From Marsupella aquatica (Eukaryota; Plantae; Marchantiophyta): 64,000 nucleotides of DNA. The translations under genes were made by a program, and so were the position numbers. The stretch spans positions 29,251,611 through 29,315,610 of the forward strand of contig OZ316891.1 in NCBI GenBank assembly GCA_973895155.1, given 5' to 3'. Positions 29,188 to 42,425 of the stretch are shown here, in pieces. Below the pieces are notes generated by a model. The model searched no databases. It worked only from the letters and a program-made list of their open reading frames with translations, and had not been told where the DNA came from. Each line of letters begins with the position of its first letter. Within the stretch, counting starts at the first letter, position 1.

Positions 29188-30686
29188 TTAGTTTTTCAAA
29201 AACTTTTTGAAGAGCTGATAGGCGTTGCTGTAGTCGATTTTCCTCCTTGCAGCCCTGCTAAAGCGGTAGGTCGAGATTTCCGCCGTGTTGGTTTGGATTC
29301 CAAGAACGGGAGCATAAGGATAATCAGAGCCATAGGTAAGTTTTGAGATGTTGAAGAAAATTGTAGTGCTAGGAAGAGAAAACGCAGTCGCAGAGATGGC
29401 TAAATCAGCATTGAATGACCTCAGCTGGCTGAGGTACGATGCCTGGGCAGCGAAGTTGCCAGACAGCAAACCCAAACCACCTGATGCCCGCATGCCTGCG
29501 AATGGAAGAAATCCTCCCGAGTGGGCAAGGATCCAAGTGATGTTTGGGTAGTCGGTTGTCACGTTTCTGTATACCATATCGACTGCTGCACGGGTGGTGT
29601 CGAGCAAAAAGTCAACCACAAAGGACGGGATGTCGGTAGAATTTGGTAGGACTGGAATGACAAATTACACGGGTTAGATTATCAGATCATCTACTCAAAT
29701 TCTCGAATGGCAACAAATCAAATCTATAAATTTTAGATGCGATCCATCGACGTATGATCATGGGACACTTCCCCAGTAGCTTCCGTGTCTGAACCAAAAG
29801 TTCAGCCTTCGCAGGTGTGTTCTGTTCGTTCGAGTATGCATCAACAACGAGACGTTGTTGCGTTATGTGGCCAGACGTAACTCGACCTGTGCTTCATCTA
29901 GCCACTGTGGATCTATAGCAACTGTAATACAGGTTCACGCGTAGTTCTCGGAGACAGACCTAGGTAAACAATGACAAAAACATCCACGAGAAGCTCTCGC
30001 CTCAACCAGCACACGGAACGAAGAGAGATCTGCTTACAGATAGGCTGCTCAGCGCAGGGAGAGTTGCTGGGGTGGACGAAGACGACAGCGTTCCTGTCGT
30101 CTAGGACTTTGTAGAGAGGAGCCCAGCGAGGAGTTCCCAGAAGCTCTCCGTAAACGCTCGCTTCAATTATGACTCCAGCGGCGCCGAGGGTGTCCAGGGC
30201 ATAGATTGCCTCAGCAACTGCTCCTTCCAGGTCGGGGAGAGTGAGGGTGGCCCAGAACAAAAATTTCTTTGGGTACTCCAGGGTGAGGTTGTGTCCATAC
30301 TCGTTCACTTGGCGGGCCAAGGTCCGCCCTTCGTCAATAGGGGCAGTCGGGGACAGTTTTGCACCAGGAGTGGAAACCGCGACCACGGATGTCTCAATGC
30401 CGAACTGTGCCATCACAGCAAGGTGAGCAGATGCATTCCAATTCGGGATGGGCCTTCCTCCGGATGTTATGTTGCGAGAATCCAGCAGGGCCTTGTAGAA
30501 CGGGGGCACATAGTGACAGTGGGTGTCGATTTTTGGGGCCATAGGCGTTGGAGTAGTCGGTGCTAAACCCGGTGCGAATGAGGGCACGGGAGCTGCGGGC
30601 ATTGGAATTGGTGGTCCTGCATTCTGAGAGGCTACCAACATGACGAGCTGAAGCAGAGCCAGAACCCGAATAGTAGACCTTTTCAT
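29188..30686 (-). CDS. Secreted amidohydrolase-2 family protein (ACMSD/6-methylsalicylate decarboxylase-like), copy A, 370 aa
   Basis: Exons 30686-30038 and 29651-29188, phase-1 GT-AG intron. Signal peptide MKRSTIRVLALLQLVMLVAS, Pro-rich linker, IDTHCH (HxH), VFVHP, LAHSGGFLP, YGSDYPY. Confidence 0.9.
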
Positions 30687-31429
30687 GTTGTTGATCCTCA
30701 TTGTCTGCCAAATGAACGTACCCAGAAGTTAGGATGCACCTCACTTCTACACCGACAGAAGAAAGAATGGTCAAACCCTGTAGACTGTTGTGAAACCCTC
30801 CTGTCAATCCGTACTAGAATGTCAGGCCTGCTGTCCGAATTTGATATGAAGTACAGGTCGTTCGCTTTGAGATCTGTATCATCGACGTTCCAACGATCAT
30901 TTGATGCAGAATCCTGATACCCACCCAATGATGTATATTGCTCCTTGCACGATTTCGCTCTGGTCAAGGGATCGCTGATTAGAGAACAAGCTAGCAAGCA
31001 AGTCAGTGATACGCTTACGTAGCGAGTTGGGACTTATATATGATTGTATCATGGAACTCAGGTCGCGTCGACACAATTGAGAAGCATCCTCAGTCAGCTT
31101 TGCAGGTGGCGGCAAATTCGGATCGCCCGGGGACCTAGTCAAGAAGCTCAGATTGAAGGTGTGGACTAAGCGTGGCGGGTTGGGGATTTACTCGATGGGA
31201 TTAACCTTGATGCAAAACCAAACAACCAGTCACGTTGGAATCGCGCTCCACTTGACTGGGTCTCCATGTGGCTCTTGTGATCATCGAGGACTCGAGGTTT
31301 TATAATGAAAAAGTACCCATTCGGTGGGCACCACCTTCAATATTGCTCAAGTGCCCACAAGCAACGAGGGGCTAAAGAAGGACCCCCGCCCCCTCTCTAG
31401 TTTGTCTTACTTGATTTTTTCCTTGTTTT

Positions 31430-31690
31430 CTTTGTTTTTTACCCCTTTATTATAGGGTCTCTGGCTAATAAGTATCCTCTGGATTTTCCCTTGTTTCACT
31501 CCCCTTTATTAGGTCCCTGGCTAATAATCATCCTCTGGATTTTCCCTTGTTTTCCCCCTTTATTTGGTCTCTGACTAATAGTTATCCTCTGGATTTTCCC
31601 TCCTTTATTGGGTCTCCGGCTAATAATTATCCTCTCGATTTTAATTTGTTTCCCCCCTTTATTGGGTCTCTCGCTAATAATTACCCTCTC
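31430..31690. repeat. Degenerate ~45-55 bp tandem array (CCCTTTATTGGGTCTCTGGCTAATAATTATCCTCT)
   Basis: Five visible copies; the TCTGGCTAAT core is related to the CATTAGCCAGA repeats at 23090 and 27890. Confidence 0.8.
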
Positions 31691-32894
31691 CACAACTTTG
31701 GAGCTTTCCGTTCTTTTGCTATGTGATATATAAAAACAACGCAATCAATTGCCTAGCCTAGCCAAATGGCAAATGGTATAGCGAGAGATATGAAGATACA
31801 CAACTTTATTAGAAGCCTGGCCGAATACTGCGCCAATTGAGGAGCTTTTTGTTCTTTTGCAGAGCTTTTCGTCCTCATGCAGTGTGATATATAAAAACAA
31901 CATAATCAAGTGACTAGCTTACCGTAGCCAAATAGTATAGCGTGCGAAGTAATGGAAACGGTACTCTAGCTGAAATAATATAAAAGTGTCTTCCACTGCA
32001 TTCTGGGACAAGCGCCAAACGGTGATCTGGTATATCCTGCCTCAGAAGTACTGTACAAAACACCCAAACCTGTGCGACACTTGGCACAGGGATAGCTCAA
32101 ATAAGATACAGAGACAGTGCCCTTAAATTAGAGAAAGTCCAAAGAAACTACTGTTATGGTCACTCTAAACAAACTAAAGTCAAAGGGCAGAAATGTTAAA
32201 TATGAGCATATAAGCAAACATTCAACTACTGAGTTTTTCGTGCTTATATATGGTAGGCCAATATATGTGCATTGCACTTGGTGTGGTTGTGTCGTTAATT
32301 ATTCCAGAAATTTTGTTGGGAACTGTGACATTTTTGGTCAGGTTATGGATATAAAAATGCTTCATGAGAGAAAAAGAGCACAGATCATATATTTATGTAC
32401 ATTCTATATAGCCCATGCTAACTTCAATCTCTTCCATAAGCCCATTAAATACTACCCTGGCTGCATATGTGGTCTTTCTGCAAGTTGTGTGTAATGTTCT
32501 TGGGCCCTCATGAAAGTTTGTTTTTGTGTGCCGTGGCGCTTAGTTGACATGTGCCTTGACCCTCTGGGTCTCTAAGTTTCTTTGCCCCACTGGTTTTTTA
32601 ATTTTTTTGTGGCCACAAATAAAGGGTGGAGTTGACACTTTTTTTTTTAAGGGGGTTGCCCCATTGGTTTTTGCCGTGCCTTGGTGAGTTTTCTGTAATT
32701 CATTGAGAACACTGTCCCTTTTTCCCAAAACAAAAGAAATACAACTACCTCTGGCTGCTAGAAAACCTCAAGATTTCCTTGCCTAACAAGGAACAGAAGC
32801 ACCGAAGTCCCTTTGAAAAGAAAAACCAAAAACGAAAGCACCAAAGCCAGAAACAGGCCAGCATATAAAATACACAACTTACTGTCTCTAGTCT

Positions 32895-33056
32895 AGAGAA
32901 TGATTTGCTTGATTAGACCCCAAAATGAATTGTGTTACTTGATAAGACCCCTAAGTTTTAGGTGCATTGATTTAAGGTCAATCAATGGTCTGGGTCACTA
33001 TGGGGTGGTATCAAATAACACCTTTAATTTTGGTGTCTAATCAAGCAAATCCCTCT
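32895..33056. mobile_element. MITE
   Basis: TIRs AGAG(AAT)GATTTGCTTGATTAGACCCCAAAAT / ATTTTGGTGTCTAATCAAGCAAATCCCTCT, flanked by direct repeat TAGTCT. Confidence 0.75.
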
Positions 33057-33460
33057 TAGTCTACAGGTTCAAGGAAATTAAACATGAAAGCCAGCACGCT
33101 AATTTTATATTCAATTAAAAGTCATTTATAAAGAGACAGTCTGTCGAAATTAAAGCTCAGGGAACACGCTGCCTTGGCTGTGTGAACGAGTCAAAATATT
33201 CTGTTATTACCTACTGACTGGAAGGGATTTCGTCAATTCACAAAGAAAAATCGAAAGGAAAAGCAACATTAGAACTTTCCGAGCAGCGACACCAGATTTT
33301 GTCTTCGATAACTGGACAGATTTGGGTTTGAAGAATTCTTGGGTGCCCACTTTAGGACACTTGAATAGAGGTCTAGGCCGGCTAGAGGTCCTCTATAAAC
33401 AAGCCTTAGGGACCACCTGAGTTGAGGTATAGGGTAGTAGTCCACCCCAACTATAGGGAG

Positions 33461-33640
33461 TCAAATATTTAAAAAATTGGTACCTCATGGGCAGCATGCA
33501 AGGCACTCGAACCCAATAGGGCATCTCAAATATTAAAAAAAAAAGGTTGGTATATCATGGGTAGCGGGCAAGGCACTTTAACCCAATAGGGCATCTCAAA
33601 TATTTTTAAAAATTGTACCTCATGGGCAGCAAGGCACTCA
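33461..33640. repeat. ~65-70 bp tandem repeat x~2.5
   Basis: TCAAATATT...TCATGGG...CAAGGCACT...AACCCAATAGGGCATC repeated. Confidence 0.8.
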
Positions 33641-35128
33641 CCACAACAAGGTACAACCGGACAATAATTTTCTTGGGTACTGAAATACGAGTGAGGTTGT
33701 GGCACATTACATAAATGCCACTGGGATTTTTCTGAAAAATTCAGGACCACTTGTGGTTCCGGGCGTGACTAGTCTAGTTGAGCCTCACATTTGACATCCG
33801 ACCAGCCATGACCATTGTCCCAACCTCCAATACTCCCCGGGCGCGGTAAAAGCTGGAAAATACACATATTTGAGACGCCCTAATGCAATTACAATAGAAG
33901 AGAGCATGCCTCAGAGCAAGTGGACCAGTGCTCTTTCCCACAATGTTAAAAGAGATCTGAAAATCCGAGGTGCACTATGCCTCCCTACTACAGTAACTTG
34001 TTTTTATTACAATGTACTCCACAATTCTAATTTTGTAACTACATGACTGATATGGCTGATCCTGAACCGCTCTTTTGTCCAGTAAATACATAAGACACCA
34101 CACTGTAAAATCAGATTCCGAGTGTTCGTTGGAGTGGTACTGTGTAGTCAGAAAACTTCAGAAAATACCGGAGCCGGCCAGTGCCTGAGTGGAAGGTCAA
34201 TGAGAGGCTTCGCTCAATCATGGTTTCCTGACATCTATAATTGTAGCAAGGTGTCGTGTCAAGAAAACAAGGAAAAGTAATTTGAAGTCTGAAGAAGTCA
34301 TGCACTACCTCGAGGATCATTCTTCATTGAGAAGTCTTCCTTTTTGCCTTGGAAAATCAATTTTATATTCACAAGATTGATGTGGGGGCTCGGGAGGAAG
34401 TGGTCAGGGACCAATCCTAATGGGCCCACAAAGTGTGCAAATCTTCGGCCTGATTCAATTGGTGACAATTCATCGTGACTGATAATTGGACTGTTCGGTC
34501 ATCTCTGAGATCAGGATTTCACCAACATTTAATCTGGACAGCGCATGTGTAACGTTTTCGTTTTCTAGCCAGCGTACGCTTTGCTTTGTTGCCTTTGTGA
34601 AAACGTCACTCTGAAAGCAAGTCACCAAAGTTAATATACCAAGGAACACAACAAGGTACAATGAAAGAGAAGATGCTAAGAACCAGCTTTAGTGAGTTAT
34701 ATACTACCCTTGGATCTCCCTAGGATGATGGTTAGATTATGGCAAAGGTGGTCCCATGACTAGGTGTGATGTGCCCAATGAGATACAAACAATCTAGCTA
34801 AACCTTTTTTGGGGAAGACGAATCTGGCGAAAACTAGCATCTAAAAAATAAGTCTGGTGACCTCTTGTCTTCACTTTATTGACCTGCATGCTTACGCTGT
34901 AACCTGTTCGTAGATTTGCAAAATCAATCACGTATTTACAACACAAAAGAAAACACTCTATATGAAGAGAAACCTCCACCAAAAGTTATAAACCAGGAAA
35001 AAACAAAATACAATGAAAGGAAAGAAAAAGAGGTCCAAAGAGGACAAACACCAAACCACGAAAAAGAAAAGCAAATGCAATCCCCAAAAAGGAAGAAGAT
35101 AAAGGGAAAAGCGTGAACAATAGAAGAG

Positions 35129-35130
<2 letters not shown>

Positions 35131-35170
<40 letters not shown>
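35131..35170. repeat. (TC)20 microsatellite
   Basis: Direct read. Confidence 0.95.
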
Positions 35171-35174
<4 letters not shown>

Positions 35175-35399
35175 AAAAACAAAAAGGTTACACACATACA
35201 CGTTGAAACCGGGCAAACCAAAGAGTCAAACCAATGGAGTCCCCCATTATAGCAAAGTAACTAAAGCCCTATTGGGCAGTAAACCAAAAAGCACCCCCAA
35301 AGAAACGAGACCCAATAGACAGGGGAAAACAATGGAAAAACCTAAGTGGCCCAAATTATTAGACAAAACCCCCATGGGTCTCCCAATGCGCCAAAGCAA

Positions 35400-36400
35400 C
35401 TAAAGAGAGCAGTAAGCTAAAAAGCCATACCTAAAGCAGGAGTCCTAATAAATTAAAGAGGGCAAACAAGAGAAAAACGTGGGAAGATCAAAGAGCCTGC
35501 AGAAAATCCATGAGTCTCCCACTAGTGCAAGGAATCAAAAAGCCCTGTAAAGTTCACATTTGAGTAATCAACATAAGAGGGTCACAAAGAATAATTTGTC
35601 TAGAGATCCTAAAGTCGATCAACACCCTTGGCCATATGGAGAGTGAATAGTGAATACATAAGCTCTATGTAATACACAATTAGACCCTCGCAATGGCAAG
35701 GAGGATAGAAGTTGCAAGAGAAGTTGGGGGATCACTCCACCTCTTTGCACAAATTAATCTATGGACCCCCATGTTCATCTAAGGAATATGTGTGATGAAG
35801 TGAAATCAATTTTTAGCAAAGCGGTAGCCGATGTTTTGTGTCTCCCGGTGATCTTGGTGTGTGCTTGTTCAAAAGAGAGCCCTCAAAAGATAGAGGAGAT
35901 CGATCTGGTTGAGACGATCTCTATGGTTCATCAAACGGAAGGTTGAATGTAGAGGAATTGAGTTTTTTACAGTTTTTGCTTACACATTGGGGAAATAGTG
36001 TTTCTACCAAATGTTCCTGATTGATTTTTTGTGAGTTATGTTGAGCATTATTGCCACAAGACAGATTGGTGGACAACACTAAGCTGTTGGCATTGTCGTT
36101 TTGGTGGGATGAACGCACAAAATGGACAAGCCATCACATCACATAAAGGTTTTGTAGTTTTTTTATTTAAGAAAGCTATGGTGTGAGGGGGAGACCAACG
36201 ATTGTTTCTTCAACATAGAGGTTGCATTTGGCATCAATCTGTGTTTAGAGTGAGATTCAGTCGAAGACCGGAGAAACGAACAATTCAAGCCGGAAAACAA
36301 GCATTGCGGACAAGCGATGACGACGTGAATGATCAAAGCAATCAATTTGCAGTGGCTAAGTTTGTGATAGTGACAAGACTGTGACATCTCTTAATCAAGA
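35400..36400 (-). pseudogene. Possible degenerate L1-type LINE remnant
   Basis: Decayed CCHC-knuckle-like CHYHKLSH..DC at ~36340-36378, with fragmented reading frames downstream. Confidence 0.3.
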
Positions 36401-36429
36401 AAGAGTTTTCAATGAGCCTCAGATTGACA

Positions 36430-36900
36430 AAAAAATTCAAGTCCCAAATGAGTTTTTGAATTTCTTTGCCTTTCCAACATATTGAGTGTAATAATTAATC
36501 AGAAATTTTGATCACAAGTTCATGAATTCTCTTAGCTTTCCAACATCGAGTCCAATATTGATAAATTTCATGTCAGATTTTGTCACGGTACTAAGGAGGT
36601 CATGAGGTTTTCAATCTCTCTAGCTTTCTAATGTGTGACATTGGGAGTATTCGTCAAGAATGAGAGATAATGAGTATTCAAATTTCTAGCTTTCCAATGA
36701 ACCTAACATTGATGGATTTTGTCAAATACTAAGGAGATGATGAGTTTCTAATTTTACTCTAGCTTTCCAATGAGTGTGACATTGATAGATTTTATCAAGG
36801 CAGTACTAAAGAGCTCATGAGTTTCTAAATCTTGATCTTGAGCTTTCCAACTAATCAAACATTGACAAATTTCATCAAGTACTAAGGAGATTGATTATTT
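36430..36900. repeat. Degenerate ~65-85 bp tandem array with AGCTTTCCAA core
   Basis: Six copies of (A)GCTTTCCAA...ACATTGA...TACTAAGGAG. Confidence 0.75.
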
Positions 36901-37282
36901 TTAGTTTAACAATGTGCAGCCAAAGGGGTTCTAACTATGTACATTTCTATGTAACTATTAGGTTTTTTAAACTTACAAACAATTAAAAACTACAAGCATT
37001 TGATGTAAAACATTGATATATCATTGACAAACATGAGAATGATAATCTTATTTTACTAAATGACATCTCTTCTTTTGTATTCTGTGTTTTTATGCTTAAT
37101 ACTTATGGCATGGTGCCCCAAAAATTGCGTTGCTTTTGCCACAAACATGAATGTGCACTTTTGTTAAAAATAAGATCTTTCCTGTTTGTGGTTGGTTGTG
37201 GTGATGTGGCACAACCTCGTGGCAGGGAATTTGCAAGGGACCTCTCATGGGGGTCCATAAATACTGCACATGCACACATGAA

Positions 37283-37388
37283 ATGAAGGCCCTCATGAAA
37301 TGGTGAAAGATAGGGTATAGAGCCCCAAAGCCCACAATGAAGGCCCTCATGAAATGGTAAAAGATAGGGTATAGAGCCCCAAAGCCCT
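37283..37388. repeat. ~54-bp tandem duplication
   Basis: ATGAAGGCCCTCATGAAATGGT...AGAGCCCCAAAGCCC occurs twice. Confidence 0.85.
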
Positions 37389-37884
37389 CCAAAGAAAGCA
37401 GATAAAATAGGTCCACAGAATAAGTGAGAGCAACATAGACCTCCTCCTTGAGCTAGGCTAAGCATGGCTCAGTACATGGGCTGCAACTGCAGCATTGCTC
37501 CTGACAATAGAACCTATAATGAACACATCCCCAAGTTTTTGGTCCCAAGCTGGCTGTTCTTCTGTTGGGTTTTTGCCAGGGTCCCTTGGGCTTTTTGGCC
37601 CTTTGCATGGTTGTCTCCCCTTAATTTTGTCTTTGCCTAGGATCAAGTCGATCTCTCAGTTGTGCCTTTTGCTTTTGGCAATTTGAACTTTTCTTCCTTT
37701 CTTAAATTTGCTAGAGACGGTGTTGATACCCCGGGTTACCTATCAACATCTTGTCGAATCTATGAGTGCAGTTATGCCCTATAGTCCTCATATCCTTTCA
37801 CTATCCTTGTAGGGCCGAGGCGATTGGTCTTAGGGCCTCTAGACAGATTCCACTTTGCGACCCTCCTATGCACTTTACTTTGAA

Positions 37885-38125
37885 GCTATACCAGGCTTTT
37901 CAGTTCTCCGCTCAGTAGCGTTTTAGTCTTTCCTTGCTCCATTGGGGGCTCTTGGTTTTTGTCGTTGACCCTTGGTTGTGATGGGGAGTCCTTGTCTTGT
38001 TTGGCCCTCCCATCTTCTGTTTCATTCCTTTTATTGGGTTCTTTGCCTTTGGGACCCTGTCTCCTGGTTTGGCGTTTTGTCTCCCGGTTTGACATTTTTG
38101 CTTTAGGTATATACTATAATACAAT
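37885..38125 (+). mobile_element. CRE-like 3'UTR remnant
   Basis: Homologous to the reverse complement of 3480-3900; TA-rich tail TATATACTATAATACA. Confidence 0.55.
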
Positions 38126-38334
38126 GTTCTGTCTTTTTAGAAGTGGTACTCTTCTGAATTTGCAGGGCCCAAAAAATAAAGAATCTGATCATAGAGAAGG
38201 AATCAATCAAAAAAATTTACATTTATATAGGGTGAGAGAAAGAGTGACACCTTTCCAAAGCAAGAAATAAGGGAGACTGCCAATGCACTAGAATCAAGTA
38301 CTTTCTATACCATCCATGCAATTATAGGAAACCA

Positions 38335-39259
38335 TCTACACATAGAAAATACTCCTCCCTCTACCATCCCATGCAGAGACAATGTGGTCCATCTGAGTTA
38401 CAAATATCCATGAGAGCATTTTGACAAACCTAGGGGTCTACCCGGGCTTCATTTTCATACAAGTCTATGTCATAAGAGTCATTTTATTTGATCAAAAATA
38501 TAACATATTAATTAGTAATAATATAGAGCATGATGTTATAGACAAACATCAAACCAAAAAGTAGTGGCGGTCAAGGTTTAAAAGGAATTAGAAAAAAGGA
38601 AAGAAGACAAAAGTCATTCTTACCTAGTGGTATTTGTTTTCTCGCCATGACACCTTTTACTAGATAACGTTTTTTGCGCAATAAAATCTTTTTAGCAAAA
38701 ACAATCCTTTACTCAATGATAGATTTTGCACCATGATATTTTTCTGAACTTCATCTATTATATATTGACATCTTTTGCTTGAATGATATCTTTTATATAT
38801 TACTTAATGACATCTTTTGAGAAACAATATATTTTCTTTATCAACATTTTTTGCACAACGTCTTTCACTTAACAATAATTAATGCAATGACATGTTCCAC
38901 TTCACAACATCTTTGACTAACGACATCATTTTTTTTTTGAAGATATCTTTTTACTTGATGACATGTTTCACATAACCACATCTTTGATGCCATGACATCA
39001 GTTTACTTCACTACATCTTTCACATATTAACGACAAGACTTCTTCTTTTTTGACCCAAATCTTTCTACTTCACAACATCTTTGGCAACAAAATTTAATTT
39101 TTAATGACAACTCTTTTTGTGATTGATGTCTTTTTATTTCATGACATGTTTTTTCTTAATTACATCTTTTTACTTCACATATCTTTCACATAATGATGTT
39201 TTTGATGATACATCTTTTTTGAATGATATCTCTTGTGCAACGCCCAGGTATTGAGCTAG
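38335..39259 (+). mobile_element. Non-autonomous Helitron
   Basis: A|TCTACAC start; ACATCTTT degenerate array; 3' TGTGCAACGCCCAGGTATTGAGCTAG|T. Confidence 0.7.
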
Positions 39260-39765
39260 TGCATAATAATTTCTTGCATAATTCTCATTGTTGGGATTGT
39301 TTCCTCGGATTCACCAATAATGACGTCATTAGTACTACATTTACTAGTGCTGTCTGCACCATTATACTAGAATAAGTCATTCAGATACAGAGATACTTCA
39401 TCTTTGTGCAGCTAATTATTATTCTTATGATACAACATAATTGCATCAACTGCAAGGTATACCGAATTGGTGTATAGTAAGTTTTCTCCTGCTCAACGTT
39501 TGGTGGCAATGACACATATTCATTGGTCTTTTAAATTGTGTACTTTTGAGCTCAACACTATAATATGTTTACTTGCTAGCTCAATACCAATGCCTTGCAT
39601 AGAAGGTGTGGTGAAGATAATGATGCGGAAAATATATATTTTGTGGAAACGATGACTTTATGTAAAATATATTTGCAGAAAATGTCAATATATGCAGAGA
39701 TGACATTGTGTACAAGATATCCCTCCATTGTGCATGAGTCCTTATTAGAACTTGATTCTATAGAG

Positions 39766-41227
39766 TGGTGTACCTTGCCACCCAGCGCCCTCACCAATCC
39801 CAATGCCCACGCCTAAGTGCCCATAGTGCCCAAACGCCTCCACGGAATACCTCGAGCAAGCACCTTGATGCCTCTTGCACCACCCGTGGCCCCTCCCATA
39901 CAAAGTTGCTCTTGCTCTTTGCCACGACCGCTACTCAACGGTCCTCATTGTTTGCACAAGCAACCAAGCGTCTTGGTAAGTAACCCTTCAGGATCTGGAT
40001 CTCCCAAGTCTAGCATCCTAACTCAAGCTCAATAGACATTGGTAAGTAGGTCAGCGATAGGTCCTCCTGATGCCATAAGCCAAAACCAGAACCGACGCCC
40101 TCTCTTCGTCCAGAACAGCTCCTTCCTTGGGCGCCCGCTTGGGCGCAGCCCGGGTTCCCGCTTGTACCTATCCATCACCAACTGACCACCCTGCCCCTAG
40201 GACATGCTCATGGCCCAAATAGAGTAGCTTGTCCTAAACCTTGTCCCAACACGCCGGGACCATAATGGCCCCAAATTTAGCAACCAACTCTTGATTCTTG
40301 CCCCACTGATGGTCTAGGGGCCAAGTGCCCTTGGAACTCAACCTCCACACCTACTTGGCCTTGCCTCCCCAATGCAAGCTCCCTTGAGGGACAGAACGCG
40401 ACTTGGCTACTATTTCGGCAGGATTTGGCAAGCGGGCGAGATGGCACCCGCAAACCTTGAGAACCTATGGCGCCCCAAGACCCAGCTGAGCTCAGGAGGG
40501 TGTATCCCTTCTTGAGAGCTTTCCAACATACCCAAGAAGTCCCCCAACGGACTTCCAGTTGGGAAGTTATCTCCATTTCTGTTTGGCATTTTCCATTAGT
40601 GTCGCGACAGCCGCGGCTCAGAACTTCGGCTCGCCCTTAGCCCCCAAGGAGACACCACTCCCCTCATATATGCTTCTGGATACCTTTCATCCCCGGACCA
40701 ACTTTGGTCCCCAAATTTTGGCTCCCCACCTAGACCCCAACCCGCATGTCTGGGCGCACCACTTATTGACAATGCCCATAACTTTCTAGTTAGGCGTCCG
40801 CAAGCAGAGTGCCTTAGCCCATTGTGATCAGGCCGACCCAGTGCTCATGCCTAGGCCCTCAGATCTCATCGCCACTTGGGGCCCTGATCAGCCAAACCCG
40901 CATCGGGCCATAACTCGTACCCCAAGCATCCATTGCTCATGGAGTCAACTCCATTGGCTTTGGGCCCAAGAGGAGCTCTCACTCAAGCCCTTAGAACTCA
41001 AAGTCCATCTGGGGGTCTGGATGGTCGACCTTGAACCTGGCCCCTTTCCCCTTGACCCAACGAGACCACATCTAGTCTAAGTCCTTAGTGTGTGTCACTA
41101 GCTTAGCGCCTTGCCTTTGCCAGTGCCACGCCCCATTGCCCACAAGTCTCCCCACGCTAAGTCCTCCCCGGATGGCCTATCTGGGCCTGGACCATAAGGG
41201 AGCTCGGCATCGGAGTCAGCGACACCA
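39766..41227 (-). mobile_element. GC-rich LTR-like repeat (probable solo LTR or non-autonomous element)
   Basis: Sharp GC-rich block in AT-rich surroundings. Ends TGGTGT...ACACCA with GAG on both sides; contains the GTTGGAAAGCTCT motif; no coding signal. Boundaries uncertain. Confidence 0.45.
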
Positions 41228-42425
41228 GAGCTAAGTGTTAAGGTAGTCGAGTTCCGCGACTTATAGTTATTTCCTTTCCTGCAGCCATGTCTATTATTTT
41301 ACTATAATTTCTACCAGTCACAAACTTTCTCTAGCACAATGGTGCAAGTCCAAGGTCCTTGCTCCCCTCCTGTGTATGGATGGGACAAGGAAGGATCCTC
41401 CTTGGTGCTTACACATGGGTGCTTGGATCTTCATATTTCACCATGCCACCGTGTTCCCTCGTTCACCCCTTTCCAATTTCTTCTTTGCTTCCAAACTTGC
41501 TTCCACTTTCTTTGGCATGACAAACAGTGTAGTTTTTATGACAACCAATGTAGAAATGGTCAGGACCTCTTTGTATATTACATACCAGGCAAAAGAAAAC
41601 AAACCAGCAAACCAGGAGACTACTGTAGATAAATTAAAGTGAGAAAACAAAGAAAAACCCAAGAAACTTAAGTCCAAAGAGTCAAATAACAGGATAGTCC
41701 CATAGATTTAAGGATTGACTAAAATCCCACTAAGCAACAAAGTACGACCTCGAGTAAAACCTGACCTACTGGCCACGGAGGCACTTCTTTCAGCTTTCCA
41801 TGTCTTGACATCTAATACATTTACGAGTCATGTTTTTCTCCTACTTAGTTATTTCAAAGTATGAGTTTTTGAACTAGCTCCCCAACATGTTATAATTTTC
41901 TCCTCTCTGGAGCCTCCCAGATAACCAATGATGGATAGTCTAGTCACATTATTGTCCTGCTTAGTTAGAATTTCTTCTCAAAAGTATGAGTTTTTGAACT
42001 AGCTCCATTACATGTGTTTGCTCCTTTCTGTAGCCTGTGATAGTCTTTAGTATTAATCATTCTCTGTTTCTTCGTCCATTCTCACAACTTTCTTACTCAG
42101 GTGTTCTTATTCTTGTTTGGTTCCCAGGCGCTTTGTGTCCTGTTCCTTTTGCTAGGACTGGCTTTTGTCCTTGCCTGGTGTTGATGAGGCGTGTGTGCCC
42201 CCTTTTTTTTATTGAAAACCCAGTATTAGTAGAGAACTCCAAACAGCCCAGCCCATGTAATTGACTAAGTCAGTAGTACTAGGATCACAAAGGTACACTG
42301 TTCACCCTAATTGGTCTTAGCTTGGAATAAGTGTTTGTCCCTCATTTCTACTTTTAATACTAATTTAAGAGTGGGACATGTTTGAATAAAAACTAATACT
42401 AAATGTGGCCAGTTTTGGGCAATGA

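Noticed and set aside
40489-40500. miR390-like 12-mer AGCTCAGGAGGG
   Set aside because: Partial match only, no star arm, and inside a TE-like block.
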